A DNA stretch of 64,000 bases from Podarcis pityusensis. Lineage: Eukaryota. The notes below the pieces were generated by a model that was not told where the DNA came from, searched no databases, and saw only the letters and a list, made by a program, of their open reading frames with translations. Position numbers and translations under genes: made by a program. The stretch is taken from NCBI GenBank assembly GCA_964106645.2, contig OZ067038.1. The stretch is one strand, 5' to 3'. Every line of letters starts with the position of its first letter. The stretch's first letter is position 1. Shown here piece after piece: positions 28,237 to 40,935 of this stretch.

Positions 28237-28741
28237 GTCTAATGTGAATAAGCAGCATGCTGGTGCGTGCTGCTGAAATTGCAGGTGCTTCACTCTTTCC
28301 CCACTCCTGCTGTGCTGACAGAAAACAAGCCATAGTATGTCTTGTGTTATCTGAACCTGGACTCATAGTGGTTTGCTTCCCCACAAACAGGTGAGGTGTG
28401 TAGAATTTCCTGGCCATTGCCAAGATTCGGCCGTCTGGGCGGAAATTGCTTGAATGTCCATAGGGCAAAACTAAAAAAGCTTTTTAGTCCAGACACAACT
28501 TTTGTGTCTGGATTTTCACTTTTTGAAATATGGCAACCCTAGAGGAGTGGCACACCAAGCAACTTGGCTTCTGCTTGTGGTTTGTTTGGAGAAACAGGTT
28601 CAGATGACGGCTTGTTCCCTGGCAGCACGGAGGAAAGCGAAGCACCCATGATTTCAGCAGTGTGTGCTAGCATGCTGCTCGTTCACAGTAAACCACAGTA
28701 TTTTAAATATGGTTGAATGTGATGTGCGCAGCAGACCATTA

Positions 28742-28959
28742 CAGTGGTACCTCGGGTTAAGAACTTAATTCGTTCTGGAGGTCTGTTCTTAACCTGAAAC
28801 TGTTCTTAACCTGAAGTACAACTTTAGCTAATGGAGCCTCCCATTGCCGCAGCGACACAATTTCTGTTCTTATCCTGAAGCAAAGTTCTTAACCCGAGTT
28901 ACTATTTCTGGGTTAGCAGAGTCTGTAACCTGAAGCGTCTGTAACCTGAGGTACCACTG
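28742..28959. mobile_element. Tc1/mariner MITE, subfamily A
   Basis: TA|cagtggtacctcgggtt...aacctgaggtaccactg|TA. Confidence 0.9.
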
Positions 28960-29093
28960 TATCTCCCTTTTTCTAAAAACATAACACATTTCTACATTGT
29001 AGACTTCATCACTTAAAGCTGCCTTTCTGGTTGTTAATATTTATCCCGCTTTATACTATATGTAGCAATGCAAAAACAGACAACTAGCCTTAC

Positions 29094-29246
29094 CTCTCTG
29101 CTAATATCCAAATTATAATCTTGAGGTTCTAGGTCTGCTTCTGTCACCAACACAGGTTCAACTCTTAGCCAGTTATTTTCCTCTTTGTGTTCTGGGTGCA
29201 CAGCTCTTTCCAGTAGCTGCAAGTCAAATTCTTGTTCCCGCTTCCA
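29094..29246 (-). CDS. PLEKHA7: PLEKHA7 long-isoform exon: WKREQEFDLQLLERAV...DLEPQDYNLDISRE
   Basis: 153 nt; taatag| and |gtaagg. Confidence 0.94.
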
Positions 29247-30269
29247 CTATTAACAGATAGGAAACAATTACAAGTTTGACCATTCCAACTAAAACACCAT
29301 GTAGAAATGTTCACTCCCATTACCTCAGGTTATGGATTGATACAAGGGGAAGCTAGGACTTACCATAACATTTGCTTCTGGATGCTTGCTTGATGGCTGT
29401 CCTTGATGAGGTACTCATCCTGTTCAGCCAGCAGATGGCAATAAAATCTCAGCAAAAAAAGCTGCCAATAGACCAGGGTTAAATCTGACTTTACCAGTCA
29501 GGAGCCACATTCAAGTGGCACAGATAGGGGGTTACATGGGGAAAGCAGGACAAAGAACTAAATGCACCAAAAATACAAGGGAAAATGAAGTATTCTTTGG
29601 AATTAATAAGAGGCTATGATCAGATGGAAAAATCTGACCTCAGCTAGTTCATACAATAGAGCCTATTTCCATGTACAAGTGTTTAGGATCAAAAAGTATG
29701 GTTTTGTTTCCGATGGTATTGCCTATTATTATCATTTTTTTAAAATTGGTCCTGTCTTGAGAGATGATATAGCTAATTGCTGGCTTAAGAGAGTGAGTAC
29801 CCCATGTAGGTTCACCATCTAGGGGAAAATACACGTTGTTACTCTGTTAAACAACCTGCACAAATGATAAGCCAAAACAATGTTTTCAAGGCACAACTTT
29901 CTGGTAATGTGTTTGCTTTACAGATGTGCTCCATAAATTCCACTGTTTTGAAAACTGTCCACTATAACAAACCATGTTTATATATTAGATCCCTTAATTC
30001 TTACGAACACTCCATATTCGTTCTAAATCCCTTTGGAGTACCTTTTACAACGACAAAAAATTGAACACTATGTATTCTGATCAATTTACAGTCTTCAAAA
30101 GCACTGAATGCATGTTCTTCTAAGTTGCAATGAAAATAATCCTACTATTTATCGCAGGGAAGCCCAACTATTCACACCAAGTGGGTCACAAGACTACCTC
30201 AACACAGAATCTGCAGGTCACACATTGCCTTGCCAAGGTCAAAATTAGATGTCCCCCCACCAGCCCTCG

Positions 30270-30478
30270 CACTGCCTTCCTAAAGCCAGCTAACCAAGGC
30301 CCTGGGCCTTGGGAAGGAGGTGTGAGGCTCTGGCTGGGTCTTTGACCCTCCCACCTCCTCCTCAAAGCTGGGAATGTGCGAACTAGGTATGGGGAGGAGG
30401 ACTCTAGGACCCTGCAGAATCCTCACACCTCCTTCCCAAAGCCCAGTGCCTCACTTACCTGGCTTTGGGAAGGCAGTG
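30270..30478. repeat. Long imperfect inverted repeat (~210-nt fold-back)
   Basis: cactgccttcctaaagccag..ttgggaaggaggtgtgagg pairs with cctcacacctccttcccaa..ctggctttgggaaggcagtg. Confidence 0.85.
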
Positions 30479-31726
30479 GCGGTCAGGAGGGAGTCAAATG
30501 TTGCTGAGAGCTGCCAGAAAAGACCTTCAGTTGGACCACCCTGGTTTAACTGGACACCTGAAAATGTTTTAAGTACCTCTAAAATACGTAATATGTTTCA
30601 TATAAGAAAAGTTTAGTGCACCTCATTAAACTGCCCTAGAGCTAGCATACTCTACTCATACAACTCCCCACAAAACAACCAAGTTTTTACTATTACAAAA
30701 TGAAAGGCTTGAATGGAGTACCTACTTTGGGGGAATGCAAATGTGAAAATATGATACCTGTATTTTCCTCTCCAATTAATATGTAATTTTGATCCATTGG
30801 CTACAATCCAGAGATCCACACGTCTACTGGGGCTGTGGACCTTTGAACCTGCATTACTCAAACTGTTGCTATGTAGCAGATAGGTTTTGATAATGCAGCT
30901 AATGATAATACAATTGGCCCTGCTGTTCAGAGGAAAAATAAAATTAACCCTCCCTTAGTCTTTGCAGAAACCAAGCAGCCCTCTGGCTCACAAGCCTAAT
31001 TGGATCGTTTATGTTCTCACCCATTACCTCAACTCACAAAGGAACATTTCAGTTTTCTCCCAGTGTGCTTATGGGATTAATCTCCCCTCAAAGACTTAAC
31101 TTCAACAAAGAAAGGATGTCACAGCAGCATATTTGCATTTACACTTTGTAAGACATGGGATCCAACCTCATGCCGAGTCAAGAGTTCCAGTGACTGCTGG
31201 AAGAAGTGAGGAGAGTAGTTTTTGCTGATCCCTACTTGCCCCTGGTTGCTTCTGGAACAGTGTGGGAAGTTGCCCAGGGAAAGGGGAATCAACAAAAATG
31301 GCTCCCACCCTTACTTCAGTGAAAGCACCTGCTTAATCCCTTTCATGAACAGAAGCCCTTCAGTTCACCAAGGGGACACTCTGGATCTATAGTCCATAGT
31401 GGGTTTGGGGGGAGTTCAGTGGGGTGGGGCGATCATTCATGCACAAGCTCTTGATTTTCACTCAGAACATATCAAGTATTTGTATTAGGAATAGGATAAA
31501 TATTGCTTAATTTAAAGGCAGCTGCTTCTCAAGCAAAAATTGGAGCCTTTAAAACTGTTGAAGAGGAGAAAGGACAATCTTCTTCACCATTAAAATGCAC
31601 CATAACCAGACATCTCAATATTCAAACCAGGCCTGATTGCCAGAATATGTATAATAGAAACACAATATTAATTCTGAATTAATTTTATACTTGAAGAAAA
31701 ACGTGAATTCAGTATTAGGAAGTATG

Positions 31727-31732
31727 TTTATT
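31727..31732 (-). terminator. Candidate intronic poly(A) signal for the GSVC* short isoform
   Basis: AATAAA on -, preceded by ~450 nt of TGTA/AU-rich UTR-like sequence and followed by a T-rich element. Confidence 0.45.
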
Positions 31733-32923
31733 GGTGTTGATACGGAGTCTTTTACATCAAAATTAAATGACAAATCCATATATTCTGCTCAACATTTTTA
31801 ATGTCATACTACATTTAAAAAGTGATCTTTTAAAAAAATATCAGTGCATTGTATTAAAAGTAGATTTACACATACAATGTATGCAATGTTATAAACTGTG
31901 CACAATAATTACATATTCCATTGTTCACCATTTGGCTGCTAAATTAGTGTCCTGCTGTAAATTGTGCTATCAAATGTTACTTTTTGTGCACTGGAGCAGT
32001 TTGGGCATACAAGAAAGAGATCTCTATGAAATATTTTCTTCTTGGCCCTACTGTGCCATTTGTATATTTTACAGCAAGAACACAGACCAATATGGCATGC
32101 AAATATGTAAAGTTATTTGTATAACTTGTTAAAAAGTTATGAAATGTTTGCATTTGAAATAAGTATGTGTGCAATAGCTATACATTTTTAAAAAAGATTT
32201 AAAACCTGCTACTTAAAACATGAATATGGCAGGGCTTTACCTTTCCTAAAAGATATATACTGTTACTCAATTAAAGTGTGACTGCAAATATATAAATCTG
32301 AGTGCACCAGGTCCCTTTAAGAGTCCAAATGTGTATTTAGTAAAGTAATGAATCATAAATGAATTGCAAATTAGTGCTACTAAGCAACTATTTAAAATGG
32401 GAACAAAAAGGGTTAAAGGGCAAAGCCCACAACAAAAATGAAAAACTCAGTAGGAATTTAACAAAAAGCTACTAAAATGCAATTAAGCCTGGCAGAAACT
32501 GAGTGGTCTAGTTAGAAATTGTTTTAAATAATTAGAAAATTTAAAAACAAACATGAAAGCCATTATGTATGATGTGAGTGGCAACTCTAGAAGCAAGAGA
32601 CCTTGTGCAATGAATTAGGCAGGTGATGAGCATTACATAGTTCTAGTGTACCAAGAGGAGAAGGCAATGCAAAGAATTAATGTTACTGTGATTGTGTAAA
32701 TCTCTCAGTGTTATAATGAAATCATTATCCTAAGCAACAAATTCCCATGACACCTTAAAAAATAACAAATTCATTGTGATGTAAGCTTTCATAGGCCAGT
32801 GCCCACCTTAAATACAGAGAGAAAAATTAAGATATTGGGTTTTTTTACAAAGTGGGGCCAAAGACTACACCTGTAGCAGTGTTACAGTATTATGCAGAGC
32901 ACAAGTGAATACAGAATACATCT

Positions 32924-33070
32924 GAAGGCAGCCCTGTTTAGGGACTTTTTTCCATGTTTAATGTTGTATTGTGTTTTCAATATTCAGTTGGGAGCTGTCC
33001 AGAGTGGCTGGGGAAACACAGCCAGATGGGCAGGGTATAAATAATAAATTATTAAATTATTATAAATTAT
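32924..33070 (+). mobile_element. 3' end of the same LINE family
   Basis: cagagtggctggggaaac..agccagatgggcaggg plus A/T-rich tail; reverse complement of ~21370-21480. Confidence 0.7.
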
Positions 33071-33119
33071 TACAGAACCCAATCAAAATGAATGCAACAT
33101 CTAATCAAATATGGAAGCA

Positions 33120-33324
33120 GGGTGGTATCCAAAAAAGTGCTTCTGCTAGCAGAAGAGCTTTTGGCTGTGCAATGGAATTTTCCTTCCCTCTCCTCTGTCT
33201 GGCCCCCAGAACTGTTCTGGAGATTCCCCCAACCATTTGGGAAGGGTGTAGGCAGGGAGAGGAGAAGTTCCATTGCACAAGAGGAAACCCTTGCACTGCT
33301 GGAAGCCCTTTGTAGGATACCATC
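33120..33324. repeat. Old palindromic MITE-like element
   Basis: ggtggtatcc..tgtgcaatggaa / ttccattgcaca..ggataccatc arms. Confidence 0.6.
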
Positions 33325-33965
33325 CAGAGTTGACACCGGAGTTTGTTACACACTTTTAGACGACCAATTATTGCTTAAGATTGGGGATGTGTCTGTCTGC
33401 AAATAAGAACAGGAAGCAGGAAAGGATACTATATCTTTAAGGAAAATTCTTAACAACGAATTATAGAAGTATTAGCTGAGAGCAACATTGTGTTAGACCA
33501 AACGATGTCAGTCTGACATCAAAAGCTTGTTCACTCACATCTAAATGCCATTAAAAAATTAATCAGGCTGGTCTCTATGCTCAAGAATATATGGAGAGAA
33601 ATCAGACATTTAAAATAGTCATAAAAACCAGTGGAAGAGCATTTTAACCTTCTAGGACTTGAAATCTAAGAAAAAGATTTCAAAGTGACACTCCAATATA
33701 AAGCCACTGTATGTGAATTCATTAGCAAATGTGACACTCCAGAAATAATGGAAATGGCTAGCTTGCTATGGAAAGTAACGGTTCTAGTGGCTGCTAATCA
33801 GGGGAGGGTCACATCAACACTGATTGGATCTTATATTCATTGGATCTTCTTTTCATTTGTGCTATGCATAACACTGTAATTCACCTACCATTATCTCTTG
33901 CATTGTTTGACCTTTTGGACTCACTTTGATCCTTCTTCCGCGGCTGCAATCAAGATCTATATACC

Positions 33966-34130
33966 CAGTGCCTTTTTAAAAAAAAATAGAATGACCATTC
34001 CCCGCATTAAACGGGGTGCCAGTACTCACCATGAAGTTATTACAGTGAGTGCCACACTTTTAACATGGGGGGGGGGGGAGGTATCAGTACTGTGTACCTT
34101 TGAGCACCTCCCCCCTCCCCAAAAGCACTG
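33966..34130. mobile_element. Diverged MITE of the cagtgc...gcactg family
   Basis: Matching short TIRs; no clear TSD. Confidence 0.55.
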
Positions 34131-36344
34131 TTATAATTATACCTAACTTCTAAGAGCCAAACTACATAATGGTCTGATTTGCACATCATGGTAGGCCAAA
34201 GTATCGGACTGCTTGAGCACATGGGTTCCCAGACAGGAACTTGCAGTTGCTTTGCTACTCCCTGACCATTTTTCTCCCAGGCACTGAGCTAAGCCAAGGT
34301 TAGGCTTAGCATGCCAACTGAACCTGGACTTTCTGAAACTGGGTTTATCTATCCTTGCTAACTATAAGATGCAGCCAGTAACAAGCCAAAATTTGGCTTG
34401 ACGTGCCAGTATTCTAAATTTATGAATGCACTTAACTTCTCTGACTTTTGTTATTAAATAGCAGTCACAGTATGTGTGTGTCATTAGAATGAGGACTTTG
34501 GCATGCTGGGACTGTGGCACATTTTCCAAAACTGCTGTGTCCCAGGAGGGAAGTTGCCATTACTGTCTATGCAGCTGCCATACTGGGACAAATCATCGTT
34601 TGGGGTTAGACCTCTCCACTCCGCTGTGCCATGGTCTTGATCGCTCCCACCCAAGCAGCCGCAGTTCAAAAAACTCAAATCAGACATATTAAGTGCATTT
34701 ACTTATTTAACAGATTAAATAATTTGGTTCTTAGACTACCACTTCATGCATCTGGGCCACAGATCGAGCTACAATAAATCTGTTTTGCTCCAACAGACTA
34801 GTATAGTTACCCATCTGAAATTTATCATAATCCTCAACACATTGGCCATAACCTAACATTATTTTCAGAAGTGACACTTCAGCAAGGTTTTGTATGTCCC
34901 ACAACTATAAATTTATATTTAAAATCTACATTGGGTGGTGTATTACTTTCATTTAAAAATGGCTCTTTTCTGCTTTTTTTTTTACATCAACATTCACAAC
35001 GGACACATTCCAGAGAAAGAAGTATTCTGAGCAATGCTTAGAAAATGCACAATGAATACTAAAAACACAAAATTTCAACAGGCGCTCTGTACTTTTAACT
35101 GTGCATTGGACTGAGGCCAAATACTGAAAGTAAATCCCATTTAGTTTAGTGGAGATTATTTCCATGTAAACATGTTTAAGGCAGCAGCCTGGCACCCGGA
35201 TCCTAAGCAGGATGGTTGCAATCCCAAAATGCAGTGCACACATAAGCAAAACCAGCACATGCCGTAAAAAAGGCTTTGCTCGCTGTTTCTGTCCCAGATA
35301 GCTACCATAACTAAAGAGACAAACTATTCATTTTTTAAGAGCCTCATTCTTTGGCAATGATAACTGCTGTTGTAGAAATGGCAAATGGAACTTTGCTCTG
35401 CATGAAATTCTGTTCTGTGCACATTACTCTTAGATCATGCCCATTCATTGGAAGTAAATCTTACTAATTATAATGGGATATACTTCTTTGTAAAATTACT
35501 TAAGATTTGTTATGTAAAATAGAAATGACTGAACCAGTAAGAAATGCTGTGGTTAACCACCCAAAATGAATCACCCTATGTTTATATTTAATCCAACATT
35601 TAACCATTGAAATAACTTAATTTTTGCTAACTGAATGCAGATACTTGCTAGACTATTCTAGGAATCTGAATAATAATTTATAAATGGACATTAGCAGCTG
35701 TATAAACATCTGTTAAATTAGCTTCTACACTTTATAGTTAATATATAAAATTTGTCAAATCCTATGCTTTCTTTAAAAAAATCTTTATTTGACAGAACCA
35801 TAGCTACTATGGTCTACTAAACTTGCAATATAGTTTCTTTAATGTACTACCTACATCTACAGAGCTCATTCTTTTATGGTTCAATCAGAAAAAAATGCAA
35901 ACTTATTGTTTTCATAGCACAGCTTAAGCCAATAGGATGAGGTGGGAAAGCTGTAGCACTCCAAATGTTGTTGGAATACCATAATTCCTAACCACTGACT
36001 ATGCTGGCTGGGAGTTCAACAATATCTAGAGATCCACAGATTCCCTACCCCTGCAATGGGGGGGGGGGGATAAGCCAAGACCAACCCAATATCCATATAT
36101 GAATCCATTTCCACAAAATTCTTTCATTGCTAGACTTTTCTTATGCCAAGTTACTTTTGCACCTGCTACATTAAGCTGTGACTATTTAGCGTTAAAAGCC
36201 ATATTCTGTTATTTGCACTTCAGAAACTGATATAGCACTATAATTAAATAATACAAGTGTAATGCACTTTCAAATAAAAGTGCTTACTAGAGAAGCTACA
36301 GATCATATTTTTAGTCTAGTCCTCTTAAGGCATGTCTAACATAC

Positions 36345-36545
36345 TGAGCCTACGTCTGCAGAAACAGGCCGGACGAATGATCTTGACGAGACAGACTGTC
36401 TTTCTCCTTGACCAAGAGTTCTCTTGCGTTCACGAACTAATGCCTTTTGATGTCGTTTCATTCTTTCTAGTTGTTCCTCGGCACTCATCTTGCCTCTTTG
36501 GTGATCTCCGGAGTATAAACGTTCCAAGGCACTCTTCGGTCTATC
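36345..36545 (-). CDS. PLEKHA7: PLEKHA7 exon: DRPKSALERLYSGDHQRGKMSAEEQLERMKRHQ...ADVGS; read-through of the donor adds VC* (stop 36336-36338)
   Basis: 201 nt; taacag| acceptor; donor |GTATGT followed by TAG reproduces the GSVC* end of the human short isoform. Confidence 0.96.
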
Positions 36546-37123
36546 CTGTTAACAACAGCGTGTGATATTTAATACTTTTAAAGCTGTATCCTAGGGATGA
36601 AATCCAAAGCTCCTGTTCTACATACAGAATGGCTTCTGATCCATCAGAGGTGTCTGCTATTTTTTTTAAAAGGGGAGAGGATGGAAGCATCAGCAAAAAT
36701 TGCCTCCCCTTTATTATAATAGTAGATGCACCTGCTAGACCATACACTGCACTGGATTTCCCTTTTTATTTCCAAACTGTAATGCACATACTCTAGAACA
36801 ATTCTGTTTAGAGTATGTCACTATAAAAGGCTAAAGACAGTGACCAATCCTTTTCTTCTTTCAATGGAAACAAAAAAGCTGTCAGTTTCCCATACATTGT
36901 AACCTCTTTCTCGAAAGTAAATGCTGCAAGCACCTAATTTTACACAAGAGGCATAGGTAATTAACAATTCTGACAACTGGAGTTGCAATAACTATAAACC
37001 CTAAGCTGAACAGAATTATATAACCCCACCTATCTTATATTGTGGCTGAACTTGTTATATATTAAAGAAAAAAGCAACTCTGTTGATTAGATTTGGCATC
37101 CATAAAGATATGTGCAGAATTAC

Positions 37124-37203
37124 CTTGGAACCATCTCTTCGAAATGTTGCATATGATGAAGCTGTTGATGACTGATGCAGTCTGGAAGTTGAGCCAGATA
37201 ATC
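37124..37203 (-). CDS. PLEKHA7: PLEKHA7 exon: LSGSTSRLHQSSTASSYATFRRDGSK
   Basis: 80 nt; gtaaag| and |gtaatt; matches human GLSGSTSRLQQSST. Confidence 0.93.
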
Positions 37204-38040
37204 CTTTACAAAGGAAAAAGGTGCTTTTAAAGCAAAATTGTATTTAGGAAGAAATGTACTCAGTGCTTTCTAAATCTATTTTTTAATATATTTTTTTCTT
37301 TCTATCCAGGTATGTCCTATTAACTACATGTAAAAAGATCTGGCTGTCCTGATTTGTGAACAGGCTATATGCTCAAAACTAACAGCAAATTTCAAGAAAG
37401 AGGTGTTTGAAATGGAACAAGAAATGCAGCTATACGGTCCTGGAAGCTAAATTTAGGTTGCTAGGTAGGAGGCTGAAAGGCAAGGCAACTTTCTCTGAAA
37501 TTCAATGCTATCTGTCCCATGCAAAGGGCCAGCTAAGTTGAAGGATTTATCGGTGTATGGATGACACAGCAGTGTACTGACAAATTAAAAACTAACAAAT
37601 CACTGGGTCTAGATAGTATCCATACAACAGTTTTTATAGAGCTCAAATATGAAACACAGATTTTCTTTTTAAAAAGATCTATTTAGAGCATTTAGCTCCC
37701 AGAGAATCTACAAGTAAATATTAGTGATAACATTATTGCTGATGGATAGATGTGGCTTCAGACTCAAGGTATGTAGATTCTTTTAACTGAATAGTTCATT
37801 CATCTCTGGTGTGAGTCACTAAAAGCTCTGCTTCTGGGATAACACAGTCTCAATTAGGTGGGTTAGTCTGCCAGGGAAAGGGATACAATGAAAGCTTAAG
37901 CACTTAGTATAGGACTGGATAGGATCCTTCTATCCCTGTCCCTTCAAGAATCATGTAGAGTTCTAACACACCCATGTATCAAATGGAACTAAACAGCTTT
38001 GAATCTATATTTATATGTAATGGTGAATCTCTTAACTTAC

Positions 38041-38158
38041 CTCTGCTAGGTAATGTTTGGTATCTACTGTCAGTACCTAGAAAACCAGCAGAAGGTTGGC
38101 TCAGATCACTGCCTATTGTTTCCAGTTCAGGTTCACTCACATATGAGCGGAGTTCTAC
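38041..38158 (-). CDS. PLEKHA7: PLEKHA7 exon: VELRSYVSEPEL...YQTLPSR(G)
   Basis: 118 nt; gtacag| and |gtaagt. Confidence 0.95.
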
Positions 38159-38343
38159 CTGTACAGATGAACACTTGATTAAATCAGATTGCAAAAATAT
38201 AGGACACATTTTCATAATTTTGTTGGAGTCATATACTGTCGCCCTGAAGTCATCATATTATGTTTCATAATGGTCATATTTGAGGAAACATACTTTTTAA
38301 AGCAATACAACTACATTTGGAAAACCAGGGCCTGCGTGCTTAC

Positions 38344-38532
38344 CCTGTAATCTCCGTTGACATACTGCCCTAGTTCACGGTCTCGTTTCCTTTCATCTGA
38401 CTGGCGTTTCAGGCCCCGCACTGAGGTGTGCCTGATGACAGTGGCTTCCCTGGGAAGAGGTGGGACGGCTGGTGGGTGGTCATCAGGGCTGTACAACTGT
38501 GGAAGAGGAGGTCTTGGTGGCGCTTCGTCTTC
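38344..38532 (-). CDS. PLEKHA7: PLEKHA7 exon: EDEAPPRPPLPQLYSP...IRHTSVRGLKRQSDERKRDRE...DYR
   Basis: 189 nt; tgtcag| and |gtaagc; near-identical to human. Confidence 0.96.
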
Positions 38533-38879
38533 CTGACACAATATTAAGAAGCAAACATGTCCTTTAGCCTGCGGTGTTCAGCCATTTCAACAGGCACAAA
38601 ATGGTAAAACTGACATTTCTTTTGTTTAAATCCAAGAAAATAATGTGCATGAATTCAAACTAAATGGCCTGAACGCAGCTTCAAGAATGTGTTTTGGGTA
38701 TTTCTTCAGTCTTGTTTCCTGTCTTTCTTAAGCAGCGCCAACAAGTCACAGCATTACATCTCAATTCAGAGCATTGCAAAACTGAAGTAAAGAGACTCAG
38801 AATAATACGCTGTCTGGTATCAGGCTTCATTACTGTATGTTGTATACACAAAGAAAACCCATTCCCAGATACTATTAGC

Positions 38880-39058
38880 CAGTGCTTTTTTTCCCCCCTA
38901 AAAGAAATGTTTAGAGGTACTCTCATTTTTACTCAAGGGAATTACCATTTTATAGTTCAAATCGGGAAAAATAAATACAGTAAATGGACAAAAGTACAAA
39001 GATTCACAAAATGTTTAGGGGTATGCATACTCCTGCGTTCTCCCAGAAAAAAGAACTG
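38880..39058. mobile_element. hAT-type MITE (cagtgctttttt TIR family)
   Basis: TIRs; TSD ctattagc / cttttagc; interior shared with 50752-50896. Confidence 0.8.
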
Positions 39059-39102
39059 CTTTTAGCCCACTGATTACATGATACCGTAGTTATGACACTT
39101 AC

Positions 39103-39341
39103 AACATTTGGCGTTAATTTTACAGGTGACTGAACTGGAGGCTCAACTTTTTTCATTTGCTGGGATGGTGAGAACATTCTAGGTTGCGTATAAGGCTGCG
39201 GAAGAAGTCTGACTTCTAAAGAGGGCTTGACAGGACTAGATGGTGAACTTTGCTGAGTAGAAAGTTTGCTGTCCCCTGACATGAGAGTAGATGATAATGA
39301 AGGCACTAGAGGTTTTGAAAACGAAGGCACTGTTTTTCTCT
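39103..39341 (-). CDS. PLEKHA7: PLEKHA7 exon: RKTVPSFSKPLVPSLS...SPVKLTPNV
   Basis: 239 nt; ttgcag| and |gtaagt; inside ORF 39004..39405. Confidence 0.93.
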
Positions 39342-39831
39342 CTGCAAAGAGGAAGACATAATGCACACAGATGTAGGTCAGAAACACTGAGGAATCCACA
39401 TGCACAATATGAACCTAAATATAATATTTAGACACAGCACCTTAATGTTTATTGAACTACTTTTGGAAATATAAAAAGACATACTTTTCTATGTATGAAC
39501 CTGACAGATTTCAGCAGGCCCTGAATGGTAACGCTAATGAGAAGGTGAGAGAAAAGCTGCCAGCAGTGCAAGATGGGATATGCTTTTGTTAGAAAAGTTA
39601 AGAATGATAAGCAGCCAATTTGAATGCATAATGTTGGACAATCTCCCATCATTATGCAGGATTAGAAGTGAACCAAGGAGATTCCTCTGTGATGCAGATA
39701 TCATTGTCCTAAAATAACAGAGGCAACTCCTCAAGGAAAAAAATGTGGCTGCCAAATTTAATTCAAGCTTAGATCTGGATAAGGAGATATAGCTTTTAAT
39801 GTATGCATTAAAATGTGTGCATTTTACTTAC

Positions 39832-39940
39832 CTGGATTCTTTATAGACTCTATGATGACTTTATAGTTGGATTTGTTTGCACTTAGGCCAGCCGTAACAT
39901 CTTCTATTCTCCATAAATCTTTTTGCATTTGGGCTTTCTC
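39832..39940 (-). CDS. PLEKHA7: PLEKHA7 exon: EKAQMQKDLWRIEDVTAGLSANKSNYKVIIESIKNP(E)
   Basis: 109 nt; tattag| and |gtaagt; LWRIEDV family motif. Confidence 0.96.
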
Positions 39941-40904
39941 CTAATAAGCAATGAAGACCAGGAAGATGGTGAAGGAATGGCAAAAATATGAACAATAGTT
40001 ACATAAGCACAAAACATATTTTTCCATTTATTTTGCTTTAAATAAAATGTTGTATATGGTTGCTTTGGCTACAAAACAGAATAGTTGAAAATGAGAGATC
40101 TCTTACATCATTTTTGCATGAAGGGACAATGGTCCTGACAGTAAAGTCTAACTCAAGGGCAGCAGCAACCACTGGTGTTGCTACCCTGCTACAAACCAAC
40201 GCACACAATGCTGGTCCTGATTTGTCAAGTCTGTTCTTCTCATATGTGTGTGGGAAAAACAGCATTGTGGTTAGCATCTTTAACACTGGGCTTATCCTAT
40301 CATGCACAAATAAAGAATAGTAATAGATAACCCAACCTACAAGATGATTGACACATGGAATTTATCTATGAGAAACAATTTTAAAAATCAGGTAAGAAGC
40401 TCTGCCTTAACTTAATACATTTTGCTCATTTATGCTCTCTGCTAGTTGTACAATATTCTGGATAATGTCATTATCCAGTATGGTAGTGTGCTACAATGAA
40501 GGTATTAAAGACAGATGGCAAGTAAAACACTTTTTCTCAGTGCTGGGCAGTTAGGTAGATTGTAAGTGCTATGATGTATGTGTGGCTGAAAGAGACAAAG
40601 TGTGAGTTTCTAGAAAACAGACATCCACTGGGAATGCAGTGATCCATGTGTAAATGGATGTAACTTCTGCCTATGTATGCGGGGAGCATTTGTTTTCACC
40701 AACCCTGCCCCTCAAGCAATAGCCACCTGTACCTCACTGTACACTGTTCCAGAGGGTCTGTGGACTGCAATCACAGTCTTTCACGGGGCAATGGGAGGAC
40801 AGTAGGTAAGGGTGTGATAAAACCCTGATGTGTACATTCTGTTTGGGGTTCAAACCACTAAAATGAATGAAACTCAAAAATCAAGATAAGAGAGGCTTTA
40901 TTCC

Positions 40905-40935
<31 letters not shown>

